Assembly (NCBI GenBank): GCA_964022095.1
Contig: CAXHZO010000009.1
Location: forward strand, 16,203 to 80,202
Reading direction: 5' to 3'
Length of the DNA: 64,000 bases
From: an uncultured Arcobacteraceae bacterium
Lineage (GTDB): Bacteria > Campylobacterota > Campylobacteria > Campylobacterales > Arcobacteraceae
Shown here: one piece after another, positions 40,356 through 53,514 of the stretch
How the letters are laid out: each line of letters starts with the position of its first letter
Numbering within the stretch: position 1 is the stretch's first letter
Position numbers and translations under genes: made by a program
The notes under the pieces: generated by a model
What the model was told of the DNA's origin: nothing
The model's input: only the letters and a program-made list of their open reading frames with translations
Database searches by the model: none

Positions 40356-41351
40356 ATGGAACAAAAAATATATGATATTGTAATTATTGGTGGAGGGCCT
40401 GGAGGAATTGGTTCTGCTATTGAAGCATCAGCTCATAACATCGGTAAAATACTATTAATAGAAAAAACTGACAATCACTCAAATACTATTAGAAAATTTT
40501 ATAAAGATAGTAAAAGAGTTGATAAAGACTATAAAGGTCAAGTTACAACACTTCAAGGTAATGTTGAGTTCTTTGACGGAACAAAAGAGACAACATTAGA
40601 CTACTTTAATGACCTATTAGATAATGAAAAAATCGATGCAATGTTTAATACTGAAGTTGAAAAAATTGAAAAAAATGGCGATATGCTTGAAATTCATACT
40701 TCAAGAGGTATTATTCATACAGAAAATGCAGTAGTTGCCATTGGTAAAATGGGAAAACCAAATAAACCATCATATAAAATTCCTCCATCAATTAGACCTC
40801 AAGTAAATTTTAACCTTGATAAATGCGGAACAAATGAAAAGATATTAGTTGTAGGTGGTGGGAATAGTGCAGCAGAGTATGCATATGAACTAGCAGACCA
40901 AGGTAATACTATAACTTTAGTATATAGAAAACCTGAATTTTCAAGACTTAATGAAACAAATGAATCAATTTTAAAAAAATGTGATGGTGAAGAGAAATTA
41001 AGACTTAGAATGAATACAGATATAGAAGCTTTAGAAAATGATGAAGGAAAAGTAAAAGTTAGTTTTAATGATGGTTTTGATGTTCTATACGACAGAGTAA
41101 TCTATGCTATTGGAGGAACAACTCCTGTTGATTTCTTAAAATCATGTGGAATAACAGTTGATAAGAACAAAAAACCAATATTTGATGAACATCAAGAAAC
41201 AACAACACCAAACGTTTATGTAGCTGGAGATATTGCATTTGCAAGTGGTGGAAGTATTGCTATTGCTTTAAATCACGGATATCATATTGTAAATAATATT
41301 CAAAGAAAAAGAGGAAGAATTTTTGCTCATACTGAGAAGTTCGAGCATTAA
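40356..41351 (+). CDS. fqrB: Thioredoxin-reductase-like flavodoxin:NADPH/quinone oxidoreductase (FqrB-type)
   Basis: GGGPGG, FYKDSKRVDKDYKG..DGTKE (recalled from Campylobacterales FqrB), GGGNSA, GD; no CxxC. Confidence 0.75.
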   Translation: MEQKIYDIVIIGGGPGGIGSAIEASAHNIGKILLIEKTDNHSNTIRKFYKDSKRVDKDYKGQVTTLQGNVEFFDGTKETTLDYFNDLLDNEKIDAMFNTEVEKIEKNGDMLEIHTSRGIIHTENAVVAIGKMGKPNKPSYKIPPSIRPQVNFNLDKCGTNEKILVVGGGNSAAEYAYELADQGNTITLVYRKPEFSRLNETNESILKKCDGEEKLRLRMNTDIEALENDEGKVKVSFNDGFDVLYDRVIYAIGGTTPVDFLKSCGITVDKNKKPIFDEHQETTTPNVYVAGDIAFASGGSIAIALNHGYHIVNNIQRKRGRIFAHTEKFEH

Positions 41352-41389
41352 TAAAACTAAAAAGATTACAACTAAAAATTGTAATCTTC

Positions 41390-42835
41390 TTACTTCTCAT
41401 TAAAGATTTTTTCTATATTTATAATAAACTTCACACCATTTTTTGTATTTTGAGGTGTAATTTTACCATTTAATGAATTTTTTACAATATCATAAGTTAA
41501 ATATAATCCCATACCTGTTCCTGTAGAATTATGGTTAGTTGTGAAGTATGGTTCAAATATTTTATCAATAATATTATCATCAATTCCACCTGCATTATCT
41601 TCAAAAACAATTTCTATATTTTCTTGTTTTTCTTCAAAATAAATTTTTATAAATCTATCTTTTATTTCATTTTTCTCAAATGCTTCACAAGAATTAAGTA
41701 TTAAGTTCATAAAGGTATAAGATAATAGTGAAGGAAAAGAAAGTATATTTATCTTTGTTTTTGTAAATTTTATTTCAATTTTTACAAAGTTCTTATTTAA
41801 TAAATCATTATTTAATTTTTTAATATCTTTAAAAAATTCATTCATTTCAATATCTTCTTTTAAAACATCAGTTTGAAAATATTTGCTAAAAGTATTAATT
41901 GTTTCACTAAGATAATTAGTATTATTCATTATTGCTTCATATGATTTATTAAAAATTTCATCAGTCAATAAACCTAAATCTCTGTTAATTTTTATACCAC
42001 TTAATCCTACTGTTATTACAGATAATGGTTGTCTCCATTGATGCGAAATATTATTTAAAAGCTCACCTAATTGAGCCATTTTTGATTGTTGAAATAAAAA
42101 TTCTTCTTGTTTTTTACTATGAATTAAATAGTCTATCATAATATTAAAGTCGTTTTTTAATTGATCTATTTCATCATTGATTTGATTAACTTCGATCTTC
42201 TTTTTCTCACCCTTAATTACGCTATTTACACTATTTTTTAATTCAACAATTGGAATTGTTATCCATCTTACAAATATAAATACAATTAAAGTTGCCAATA
42301 AAATTGATAATATCATAACAATCAAAAAGTTTCTAAAAAGTTTCTCATATTGTTTATTATACACATCTACTGAAATACCTATAAAAAAATTACCCCAATG
42401 ATGATTTGATAATTTTATTTTTTCAGAATAATGAAATAATTCTTTAGGATATACTTCAAATTTTTTAATAAAATATTTTTTTTCACTATTGATTAAATCT
42501 ATATGATTTTTATCTAAAGTATCATTAACAATAAATTTTTCTTTTTTTACTGTGATTTTGTAATCATCTTTTTTATCATAAATTACATACTTAATAAGTG
42601 AATTATCTTTTAACATAGCCAAAGTGTCAGATATTAATTGAGCTTTATCATTTGATAGCATATATTCAGTGTTACGTTTTAAATTTGATTTTACTATAGA
42701 TTGTAATTGGACTTTCATAATTTCAAGATATGATTGTTTTTGTTGTACTAAATTTGTATAACCAAAAAATAAAAGTATAAATACAATTAAAATCAATACT
42801 GGAATATATATTTTAAAAAATAGATTAAATTTCAT
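41390..42835 (-). CDS. HAMP-domain sensor histidine kinase
   Basis: Two TM helices, HAMP (P...L...DEI..L...FN.M), ISHQWRQPL, DNAGGI, GTGMGL. Confidence 0.92.
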   Translation of the reverse strand: MKFNLFFKIYIPVLILIVFILLFFGYTNLVQQKQSYLEIMKVQLQSIVKSNLKRNTEYMLSNDKAQLISDTLAMLKDNSLIKYVIYDKKDDYKITVKKEKFIVNDTLDKNHIDLINSEKKYFIKKFEVYPKELFHYSEKIKLSNHHWGNFFIGISVDVYNKQYEKLFRNFLIVMILSILLATLIVFIFVRWITIPIVELKNSVNSVIKGEKKKIEVNQINDEIDQLKNDFNIMIDYLIHSKKQEEFLFQQSKMAQLGELLNNISHQWRQPLSVITVGLSGIKINRDLGLLTDEIFNKSYEAIMNNTNYLSETINTFSKYFQTDVLKEDIEMNEFFKDIKKLNNDLLNKNFVKIEIKFTKTKINILSFPSLLSYTFMNLILNSCEAFEKNEIKDRFIKIYFEEKQENIEIVFEDNAGGIDDNIIDKIFEPYFTTNHNSTGTGMGLYLTYDIVKNSLNGKITPQNTKNGVKFIINIEKIFNEK

Positions 42836-42841
42836 AAATAT

Positions 42842-43672
42842 TTACTTTAGACTCTTTAAATAAAATTGTTTGATTTTTTCAACTTCATAATCTTCTAATA
42901 TAAAAATATCTGTAATACTCAATAGTGAAAATAACTCTTCTTTTTTTTCATTATTTTTAATTTTTTGAACCATATTTATAGTATTGTTTTTCTCTTTTTC
43001 ATTAGAAAGCATAATATTTGGAATATATATATTTTCTGTTTTATCTAATATTATAAGTTTTGTTTTAATTGTTGGACTTAATTCTTTTATAGTTTCATAA
43101 ATACCCGAAGGTACTATACAAGCATCAAAATTGTTAAAAAATGTTTTTAAAACTATTGTATTATAGTTATCAAAATACTTAACATTTTTATATTTTAATT
43201 TATTGTCTTTCTTTATAATATTCATATATGCTTGAGATAATATTTCACCATTTCTTAAAGCAAGACTTTTATTTTTTAAATCTTTTAATGAATTGATATT
43301 ACTATCTTTATTTACAAGTAAATAAAGTTTATCTAATCTTCTATTCTCCATATCAGGAAGTGTTACATAAATAGAAGTATTATCATCAACTTTTTTAAAA
43401 CCTTTTAAATACTCTCTTAAATCTAAAGTAATTACATCTATTTCACCATTATTATAGACTTTTGATATAGAATCAAAATCACTATAATCTTTGATATTAA
43501 AGTCCACTCCAATTTCATTTAAAATATCATTAGCAACTATATTTAAAGCTTTTAAAGAATTGTCATATTTAGTAACTGTAGATAATCTTTCTAAATATCC
43601 TAAAGTAGGCTTTTCATTAGCAGATGTATATGAAAATAATATTGTTAAAATGATAAATAATTTTTTTAACAT
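42842..43672 (-). CDS. PhnD/SsuA-like periplasmic substrate-binding protein
   Basis: Signal peptide; LLVNKDSNINSLKDLKNKSL motif; TFFNNFDACIV. Confidence 0.75.
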   Translation of the reverse strand: MLKKLFIILTILFSYTSANEKPTLGYLERLSTVTKYDNSLKALNIVANDILNEIGVDFNIKDYSDFDSISKVYNNGEIDVITLDLREYLKGFKKVDDNTSIYVTLPDMENRRLDKLYLLVNKDSNINSLKDLKNKSLALRNGEILSQAYMNIIKKDNKLKYKNVKYFDNYNTIVLKTFFNNFDACIVPSGIYETIKELSPTIKTKLIILDKTENIYIPNIMLSNEKEKNNTINMVQKIKNNEKKEELFSLLSITDIFILEDYEVEKIKQFYLKSLK

Positions 43673-43796
43673 CTCTTTAGACTCCCAAAATAGACTTTAT
43701 TAATATATAAAACTTATTATATAATAAAAAAGTATAAATGCCTAATATCTGAAAATGTGAGAATGAAAAAGTGTGTATAAAAGAGAATTAACTCTT

Positions 43797-46145
<2,349 letters not shown>

Positions 46146-47216
46146 CTATTTTTCTAAAACAATTGGCATAACGATTGTTCTAAATTTTTCATCTTGTAAG
46201 TAGAATGGTAAATTTGATTCATTAAATCCTACTGCAATTTTTTCATTGTCAGTCATACTTAAAAAGTCTAATAAATATTTTGCATTTACTGCTAAGAAAA
46301 ACTCTTCTTGGATATTTAAATCTATGTCTACTTGTGTTTTTGATTCTGTATCTTCATCTAAAGATTCAAACATAATACTATTAGGAGAGAATGTAATTTT
46401 AATGTTTGAAAATAAAGAAGTTACTAATTTAATTGATTCAACTAAAATATTTTTTGGTAATTCAAAATTATGTTTTAAAGTATTTGGAATAATTCTTTCA
46501 TAATCAGGGAACTTACCATTAATTAGTTTTGTAAAGAATTTTGTATTATCATTTGAAATTACTAAATTAGTATCATCATATGAAATTTTAGCATCATCTA
46601 AAAACAGTTTTTGAATTTCAATAATTGCTTTTTTAGGAATAATAAATTGTGTTTCTTCATTAGATATATTTTGTAATTGAGATACTGCTAATCTTCTAGT
46701 ATCAGTTGCAACAAAATTTATTTTAGAAGTTTTAATATCTAATAATGCACCATTTAATTCAAATTTAGGATTATTGTTATCAATAGCTGGTGTTATTCTT
46801 CTAATAGAAGTAATAAAATTTAAAGTAGAAATTGATAAATCTTTTAAATCAGTAGTTTTACTAATATTTGGATATTCATTAGCATCATACATTGGTAATT
46901 TAAAAGTAGATTTTTTCTGTTTAATGATTAAATTACTACCAGAAGTTTCTATTAGTATTTCTTCATTTTTTAATCTTTTAATAATACCTAGTAAGTTAGA
47001 ACCATTTACTGTTGCTTTTCCATCTGCACAATCTGTTATGCTATCTATTTTAGATTCTAAACCAATTTCATAGTCTGTTGCTTTTAAGTTAAGACTATCA
47101 TTAGTTGTTTCTAAATAGATATGTGATGTAATTGAACTTGCATCTTTTTTTTCTAAAAAAGGTTGCATATGCGCTACTACATTTTCAAAAACATTTTTTG
47201 TAATTACGAACCTCAT
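46146..47216 (-). CDS. dnaN: DNA polymerase III beta sliding clamp
   Basis: ATDYEI, ATDTRRLA, GKFPDYERIIP, VMPI; located between dnaA and gyrB. Confidence 0.97.
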   Translation of the reverse strand: MRFVITKNVFENVVAHMQPFLEKKDASSITSHIYLETTNDSLNLKATDYEIGLESKIDSITDCADGKATVNGSNLLGIIKRLKNEEILIETSGSNLIIKQKKSTFKLPMYDANEYPNISKTTDLKDLSISTLNFITSIRRITPAIDNNNPKFELNGALLDIKTSKINFVATDTRRLAVSQLQNISNEETQFIIPKKAIIEIQKLFLDDAKISYDDTNLVISNDNTKFFTKLINGKFPDYERIIPNTLKHNFELPKNILVESIKLVTSLFSNIKITFSPNSIMFESLDEDTESKTQVDIDLNIQEEFFLAVNAKYLLDFLSMTDNEKIAVGFNESNLPFYLQDEKFRTIVMPIVLEK

Positions 47217-47385
47217 TTTATCTCCTAATATATTTTATTAATCTAGTAGAAATAGTAGACCATGTGAAAAGATGAAAACACATCTTAAACTACTTGGTAG
47301 TAGTACTTTGTCATAGTGAATAGAATTGACTTTATATTCACACCTTTTCACATTTACTTTTAAAACTTTTTTTTAAAAGCTTTTT
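47217..47385. other. oriC2 subregion (DUE, DnaA-trios, DnaA boxes)
   Basis: AT tract 47226-47242; TAG-TAG-AAA-TAG-TAG 47244-47258; boxes TGTGAAAAG 47263, AGTGAATAG 47315, ATATTCACA 47334, CTTTTCACA 47344. Confidence 0.8.
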
Positions 47386-48702
47386 CTACCACTCCTTATT
47401 TATGATTTTATTCTTTAAATTTTCAATGATTAATTTAAAGTTTTCATCTTTTTCAATTAGTTCATTTGCTTTTTTAATATTATGCGAAATTGAACTGTGA
47501 TCTTTCATTCCTAAGAATTTTGCAATATCTGGCATTGAGTTATGTGTTAACTCACGAGCTAGATAGATAACAACTCTTCTAGCATTAGCTACAGTTGCTG
47601 TTCTTTTCTTAGATTTGATATCACTTGGCTTGATATTTAATTCATTTGCGACAATATTAATTACATCTGGTAATTTAATATTCTCTTTGTTCTCTTTTAT
47701 TTGCTCTTTTAATAAGCCATGTACCATTTCTATGGTAATTTCTTGGTTTAAAAGAGAAGCACTTGCATTAATTCTAATTAATACACCTTCAATTTCTCTA
47801 ATTGAGCTATCAAGGTTTGTTGCAATAAAATTGATAATTTCTCTTGTTAAATCAATTCCATTTAACTCAGATTTTTTTTCAATAATAGCAATTTTTGTTT
47901 CAAGCCCAGGAATTTGAATATCAGCTGTTAAACCCCATTCAAATCTAGATTTTAATCTATCAACAAGCCCAGCAATCTGTGATGGTAGTCTATCACTAGT
48001 CATCACAATTTGTTTTTTTGCATTATGCAATTCATTAAAAGTATGGAAAAACTCTTCTTGAGTTTGTTCTTTACCACTTAAAAATTGAATATCATCGATT
48101 AAAAGAACATCACACTTTCTATATTTACTTCTAAAGTGCTCCATATTTTTATTTTTAATTGAGAAAGTAAAATCATTCATAAACTGTTCAATTGTTACAT
48201 AAATTACAGTTTTACCCTGTTCAATTGCATTATTTCCAACTGCTTGAAGTAAGTGTGTTTTTCCAAGACCCGTTCCCCCATAAATAAATAGTGGGTTATA
48301 CTGGATTCCTGGTTTACTTGACACTGCAAGTGAAGCATTGTATGCCATTTGATTTGAAGGACCTACTACAAATGAATCAAATGTATATGAAGGATTTAGT
48401 ATCGTACTCTCTGCTGTTTCATTTTGAAGTTGCTCTTTTTTAATCTCTTTTTTCGATTTTTTTTCACCAGCAACTTTTATTTCTACTTTTGGTTTAGTTC
48501 CATCATAGATTTCAAAACAGTTTTGAATCAAATTTGTGAATTTACTTTTTATCCATGAAGCTATGTACTTATTCGATACTTCAAATACAGCTAATTCATT
48601 GTCAGATGAAATCTTTTTATATGTTAGTTGCTTTAAATATCTATCGTAATCAGTTTGTGTTGCTTCTTTTTGAATAATTGTCAAAAAATCTTTACTTGTC
48701 AT
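47386..48702 (-). CDS. dnaA: Chromosomal replication initiator DnaA
   Basis: YNPLFIYGGTGLGKTHL, LLIDDIQF, QEEFFHTFN, RLKSRF, KDHSS. Confidence 0.99.
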   Translation of the reverse strand: MTSKDFLTIIQKEATQTDYDRYLKQLTYKKISSDNELAVFEVSNKYIASWIKSKFTNLIQNCFEIYDGTKPKVEIKVAGEKKSKKEIKKEQLQNETAESTILNPSYTFDSFVVGPSNQMAYNASLAVSSKPGIQYNPLFIYGGTGLGKTHLLQAVGNNAIEQGKTVIYVTIEQFMNDFTFSIKNKNMEHFRSKYRKCDVLLIDDIQFLSGKEQTQEEFFHTFNELHNAKKQIVMTSDRLPSQIAGLVDRLKSRFEWGLTADIQIPGLETKIAIIEKKSELNGIDLTREIINFIATNLDSSIREIEGVLIRINASASLLNQEITIEMVHGLLKEQIKENKENIKLPDVINIVANELNIKPSDIKSKKRTATVANARRVVIYLARELTHNSMPDIAKFLGMKDHSSISHNIKKANELIEKDENFKLIIENLKNKIINKEW

Positions 48703-48950
48703 CTATAATAAACTCTTTATAATTCTAAATAGTAGATATTATATCTAATTTTTTATAAAATCTCTTCACACATGTGAATAGATGTGAATAATATGTGAAA
48801 AAAATTAAAAATAACAAAATTTTTCTTTTAAAAAAAGTTATGCACATAGTGAATAAGATGTGAATAGATTTAGGACTTTAAGTAAGAATTTATTAAAAAA
48901 ATACCATTATATAGTACTTCCAAGATGTGAATAAATAAAATTAAAAAAGA
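48703..48950. other. oriC1 subregion / dnaA promoter with DnaA-box cluster
   Basis: TGTGAATA(A/G) at 48773, 48783, 48859, 48926; TGTGAAAAA 48794; TTATGCACA 48838; AGTGAATAA 48848. Confidence 0.85.
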
Positions 48951-49424
48951 GTGAAAAGAGTGAAAATATTAGGAATTGATCCAGGAACTAGAAATTGTGG
49001 TTATGCAATAATAGAGAAAAATGCAGGAAAATTACAGTTGATTGAAGCTGGATTAATAAAAATTAAAACAAAAATTTTACAAGAACAAATTGTAGAAATG
49101 ACAGAAGGTTTTGATATGCTTTTTAAAAAACATAAAATTGATGAAGTATCAATTGAAGATATGTTTTATGCATTTAATCCAAAAACAGTTATAAAACTTG
49201 CACAATTTAGAGGTGCTATTAGTTTAAAAGTTCTTCAAGAGTTTGGTAACTTTGCAGAATATACTCCTCTTCAAGTAAAACAAGCAGTGACGGGAAATGG
49301 TAAGTCTACAAAAGAGCAAGTTGCATTTATGGTTAAAAGATTACTAGGAATTAAAAAAGAGATCAAACCTTTAGATATCACTGATGCAATTGCAATTGCA
49401 TTAACTCATGCACAAAGATTGTAA
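48951..49424 (+). CDS. ruvC: Holliday junction resolvase (start may be the GTG at 48960)
   Basis: [31 protein letters not shown]. Confidence 0.96.
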   Translation: MKRVKILGIDPGTRNCGYAIIEKNAGKLQLIEAGLIKIKTKILQEQIVEMTEGFDMLFKKHKIDEVSIEDMFYAFNPKTVIKLAQFRGAISLKVLQEFGNFAEYTPLQVKQAVTGNGKSTKEQVAFMVKRLLGIKKEIKPLDITDAIAIALTHAQRL

Positions 49425-49472
49425 ACTAATTTTAAAATAGCTATAATCACGGCTTTAAAAATAGGATAGATA

Positions 49473-50057
49473 ATGATTAAAATTGGAATTTTAGCTTCTC
49501 ATAATGGTAGTGGTTTTGAAACTTTACAAAAAGCAATATTAGATAATAAATTAGATGCAAAAATACTTGTAGTAATTTCTAATAATACAAATGCAGGGGT
49601 TTTATCAAAAGCAGAACAATACAATATTCCAAACTTTATTATAAATGAAAAAAGATATCCAGGTCAAGATATTGATGATAAAATTACAAGACTACTTTTA
49701 GAGTTTGGTTGTGATTATATTTTCTTATCTGGATACATGAAAAAAATAGAATCAAAACTAATTGAAGCTTATCCTGAAAAAATTGTAAATACTCATCCAG
49801 CACTTTTACCTTCAAAATATGGCGGAAAAGGAATGTATGGAAGAAATGTTCATGAAGCTATTATTAATAATGGTGAAGCCAAATCAGGGGTAACAATACA
49901 TTTCGTAAATGAAGTTTATGATGAAGGTGAAATAGTTCTAACAAAAGAGCTTGAACTTGATAAGAATGAAACAGTTGATTCTTTAGAAAGTAAAATTAAA
50001 AATTTAGAAAGTGTAGCGATTATTGAGGCATTTGAAAAGATTTTAAGTAACAACTAG
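49473..50057 (+). CDS. purN: Phosphoribosylglycinamide formyltransferase
   Basis: ASHNGSG, LSGYMK, NTHPALLP, SGVTIHFV...D.G. Confidence 0.93.
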   Translation: MIKIGILASHNGSGFETLQKAILDNKLDAKILVVISNNTNAGVLSKAEQYNIPNFIINEKRYPGQDIDDKITRLLLEFGCDYIFLSGYMKKIESKLIEAYPEKIVNTHPALLPSKYGGKGMYGRNVHEAIINNGEAKSGVTIHFVNEVYDEGEIVLTKELELDKNETVDSLESKIKNLESVAIIEAFEKILSNN

Positions 50058-50077
50058 CTAAAAGCTAGTTGCTTGTC

Positions 50078-50533
50078 TTAAAACTGTGCGCTTAACTCTT
50101 CAGCTGTTTTTACATAGCTAATAGAAGTAACTTTTCCATCTTCTACTTTAATAACAGAAGTCATATCTTCTTTTACAGGGAAAATATCTTTATTTTCTTC
50201 GTCAATAAATAAAATTGGGAATTCATATTTTTTCATTTTTGGCATAGCAAAAAACTTAGTAATTAAACTTGGCATTGCAGTAATATCAGCTACATAAGCG
50301 ATATTATTTGTACTTAAGAACTCTGCTTTACCTTTAGAATCAATAAAGTTTCTAATTATTTCACTTTGATCTTTAGTTGCACTAAAAATGATTGTTTTTA
50401 CATTAGCATCTAATGTATGAACTTTTTCAAATTGGTCTTCTATTTTTAAAGTTGGTACTTCACTACCAGTTGTTAATGTGTTAGCAAATAAGCCAACAGC
50501 TAAAAAAGCAGTTAAAATTAATTTTTTTAACAT
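50078..50533 (-). CDS. Exported hypothetical protein, possible thioredoxin-like fold
   Basis: Signal peptide; DQFEK, YVADITAMPSLITKFFAMPKMK. Confidence 0.7.
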   Translation of the reverse strand: MLKKLILTAFLAVGLFANTLTTGSEVPTLKIEDQFEKVHTLDANVKTIIFSATKDQSEIIRNFIDSKGKAEFLSTNNIAYVADITAMPSLITKFFAMPKMKKYEFPILFIDEENKDIFPVKEDMTSVIKVEDGKVTSISYVKTAEELSAQF

Positions 50534-50606
50534 ATAATCTCCTATAATTTTTTTAAAGTGGAGAAATTTTATCCTAAAAAAGTAAATGAAAGGTTAAGAG
50601 AAAAAA

Positions 50607-51221
50607 TTAATCTTTTGATAGTGTTGGTAAGTGCCAGTTTTTATAGTATGCAAGTAGTCTTAAAACTACACCAAAAACAAACACTAAAATTAAAGAGCCT
50701 AAACTTTTCAATTCTAATAAATGTAAAGCATAAACAATTAAACCTACTATTATTGCAACTGTTGCATAAAACTCTGATACTAAAATAGCTGGAACTCTGT
50801 TTATAAGAATATCTCTAATAGTTCCACCACCAACTGCTGTTAAAAATGCAAGTATTAAAACTCCTAAAAAGTTAAAATCATTTTGAATAGCAATTAGTGA
50901 GCCTGTAATTGCAAAGGATACTAATCCAACTGCATCAGAGATAATAAAAGCAGTTTTACCTTCTAAATCATCTATTTTATGAAGCTTAAATAGTAAAGAT
51001 ATAAGTACTGTTGCGATTACTAAAATTACAGGTAGAGTATCTGTGAATACATAAGGTGTTTTATCTGCAAGTACATCTCTAATCATTCCGCCACCAAGGG
51101 CTGTTAAAAATGATGAAATAAATACACCTAATATGTCAAGGTTATAGTGAACGGAGATTAGAAAACCACTAAGTGCAAAACAAATTATTCCAATAATATC
51201 TGCGATTTCTAATGCACTCAT
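50607..51221 (-). CDS. TRIC/UPF0126 (YadS-like) membrane protein
   Basis: Duplicated TALGGGMIRDVL / TAVGGGTIRDIL repeats. Confidence 0.9.
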   Translation of the reverse strand: MSALEIADIIGIICFALSGFLISVHYNLDILGVFISSFLTALGGGMIRDVLADKTPYVFTDTLPVILVIATVLISLLFKLHKIDDLEGKTAFIISDAVGLVSFAITGSLIAIQNDFNFLGVLILAFLTAVGGGTIRDILINRVPAILVSEFYATVAIIVGLIVYALHLLELKSLGSLILVFVFGVVLRLLAYYKNWHLPTLSKD

Positions 51222-51286
51222 TTTTTTTAATCCTTAATTAGTAGTCATACAAACCTTGTATATGCCGGAATTATACTACAAGTTTA

Positions 51287-52204
51287 TTAAAAAATAGACA
51301 ATCCAGTTTTTGTTGTAAAAAGTTCTAAGGCTTTTGTTCCAATTAGTGAATTACCTTTTTCATTTAATCTTGGAGAATGAACACAAATAGCCATTTTTTG
51401 AGGAACAATAGCAACAATTCCACCACCAACACCACTTTTTCCAGGAAGTCCTACTTTATATGCAAAATCTCCAGATGCATCATAATGTCCACAAGTTAAC
51501 ATAACAGAGTTAATTCTTTTTGCTTTTGAGTTAGTTATTACTTGTTTATTGTTTAATGGATTTACTCCATGATTTGCTAAAAATAGCATAGATTTTGCTA
51601 ACTCTTCGCTATTCATCATAATAGAGCATTGTTTAAAATATGCTGCAATTACATCATCTATATTATTGTGAATATTGTTATAGCTTTTTATCATATTAAT
51701 AAGTGCAAAATTCCTAAATCCATGTTTTAGTTCAGAATTAAAAATATTTTCATCATAATTTATTGTTTGATCATTTGATACATCTCTAATAAAATTAAGA
51801 ATTTCACTAAAGGTATTATCTTTATAAATTGACACTAAACTATCTGTTGTAACAATAGCACCTGCGTTTATAAATGGATTTCTTGGAATGCCATTTTCAT
51901 ACTCTAATTGAACTAATGAATTAAATGGATCTCCAGAAGGTTCATGGCCAACTCTTTTATATAGTTTTTTTCCATAATAATTTAAAGCAAGAACAAAAGA
52001 GAAAACTTTTGAAATACTTTGAATGGAAAATTTGTAAGAAGTATCTCCAATATTATAAGTTGTTCCATCAAATAAAACTACGCTCATTGCAAATTTTTTG
52101 TCATCTACATTTGCAAGTGCAGGTATATAAGAGGCTACGTCTCCCTTTGAAAATAAAGGTTGAATCTCTTTTTCTATTTGATTTAAGATATTTTGATAAT
52201 TCAT
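51287..52204 (-). CDS. glsA: Glutaminase
   Basis: YIPALA, FSIQSISK, EPSGDPFNS, NPFINAGA, PGKSGVGGG. Confidence 0.95.
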   Translation of the reverse strand: MNYQNILNQIEKEIQPLFSKGDVASYIPALANVDDKKFAMSVVLFDGTTYNIGDTSYKFSIQSISKVFSFVLALNYYGKKLYKRVGHEPSGDPFNSLVQLEYENGIPRNPFINAGAIVTTDSLVSIYKDNTFSEILNFIRDVSNDQTINYDENIFNSELKHGFRNFALINMIKSYNNIHNNIDDVIAAYFKQCSIMMNSEELAKSMLFLANHGVNPLNNKQVITNSKAKRINSVMLTCGHYDASGDFAYKVGLPGKSGVGGGIVAIVPQKMAICVHSPRLNEKGNSLIGTKALELFTTKTGLSIF

Positions 52205-52314
52205 TTATGCTCCGGTAACTTTTTTAAAATTCTAGAATTTCAAAGTGTGTTAAAAATGGATTATACTAAAAAAGATAAAGTATTTAGATTTAGTTATATT
52301 TTTTATATAAAAAC

Positions 52315-53511
52315 TTAACTTTTAAATTCAATTGTGAAAATATTAAATTCATTTTCATAAGAGTAATTCATATTAAATCCATGCTTATCTATTACTTTTT
52401 TTACTATTGATAAACCTAATCCAAACCCATTTCTACTACTTGATTCTTGGGTAAATGGTTTTAAATAGTATTCAAGTTCTTGTGAGAGTTTCTCCCCTTG
52501 GTTTTTTATACAAATATAGTTTTTATCAGCTTGTATACTTATGGGAAATGATGTTGAGTATTTTAAAGCATTATCAAGTAGATTTTTTACTGCTTTTGTA
52601 AGATAATATAAATCACCATTGATTTTAAAGTTCTCTTGTATTTTTAAATCAATTTTTGATTCATCATCTAAATATAGTTTATCTAAAGCTTCAATTATAA
52701 GCGTTTCACTTTCAAATGAAGTTATTTCCAATGCATTTGTATTTAGTTTTTCAAGCTCAATTAGTTCATTTGTAAGATTATCTAAGTCATTAAATATTTT
52801 TTTGAAAAGTTCTTTTTGTTCACTATTTTCTATTTTTTCTATTGCAAATTTACCTTTTGTAATTGGAGTTCTAAGTTCATGTCCAATATCTCTTAATAAC
52901 TCCTCTTTTGTTTTTATTTGCTCTTCTAAATTATCTGCCATATCATCAAATGTTTTTGATAGTAAACCTATTTCATCATTTGTTTTGATATTTGTTCTTG
53001 ACGTAAAATTGCCATTAGAAAATTCAGTAATTTTTTTACTTATAGTTTTTAGGGGAGATAATAGTTTCATAAGATATAAAAAGATTAAAATCAATGCAAT
53101 AATATCTAAAGAGATTAATACATTTAAAATTGCTTTATCATTTATATCTTCTACATCTGGAGTTTTTAGAGTTAGGTTTTCATCTAAGTAATTAATACTT
53201 ATAATAAACTCATCATCAAATGCTTCTTTTAAAATCTCAACTTTTCCAAAAGTGTAGTTTTGCTCATAAATTATTTGGCTATTTAAAGTTTTTTTGTTTT
53301 GAACTTTTTTTAGACTATTTTTATTAATTATATTTTCTATTTCTTTTTGATTGTTTATATTTTTAATTATATTATCAATAATATTTACATATTTTTCTTT
53401 TGCAAAAGATTCTATTCTTTTTTCATTTATTTTATCAATCCATGAACCAATTACTATCATTAAAGCTAAACTAAATACAAATAAAATTGTTAATTTTTTA
53501 AATATTGACAT
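52315..53511 (-). CDS. ArsS/CpxA-like HAMP sensor histidine kinase
   Basis: Two TM helices, HAMP, GHELRTP, NLLDNALKY, GFGLGLSIV. Confidence 0.93.
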   Translation of the reverse strand: MSIFKKLTILFVFSLALMIVIGSWIDKINEKRIESFAKEKYVNIIDNIIKNINNQKEIENIINKNSLKKVQNKKTLNSQIIYEQNYTFGKVEILKEAFDDEFIISINYLDENLTLKTPDVEDINDKAILNVLISLDIIALILIFLYLMKLLSPLKTISKKITEFSNGNFTSRTNIKTNDEIGLLSKTFDDMADNLEEQIKTKEELLRDIGHELRTPITKGKFAIEKIENSEQKELFKKIFNDLDNLTNELIELEKLNTNALEITSFESETLIIEALDKLYLDDESKIDLKIQENFKINGDLYYLTKAVKNLLDNALKYSTSFPISIQADKNYICIKNQGEKLSQELEYYLKPFTQESSSRNGFGLGLSIVKKVIDKHGFNMNYSYENEFNIFTIEFKS

Positions 53512-53514
53512 CTA

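Noticed and set aside
48765-48935. Repeated ATGTGAATA units as a CRISPR array or tandem repeat
   Set aside because: 9-bp units with irregular spacing upstream of dnaA are DnaA boxes; no cas genes.
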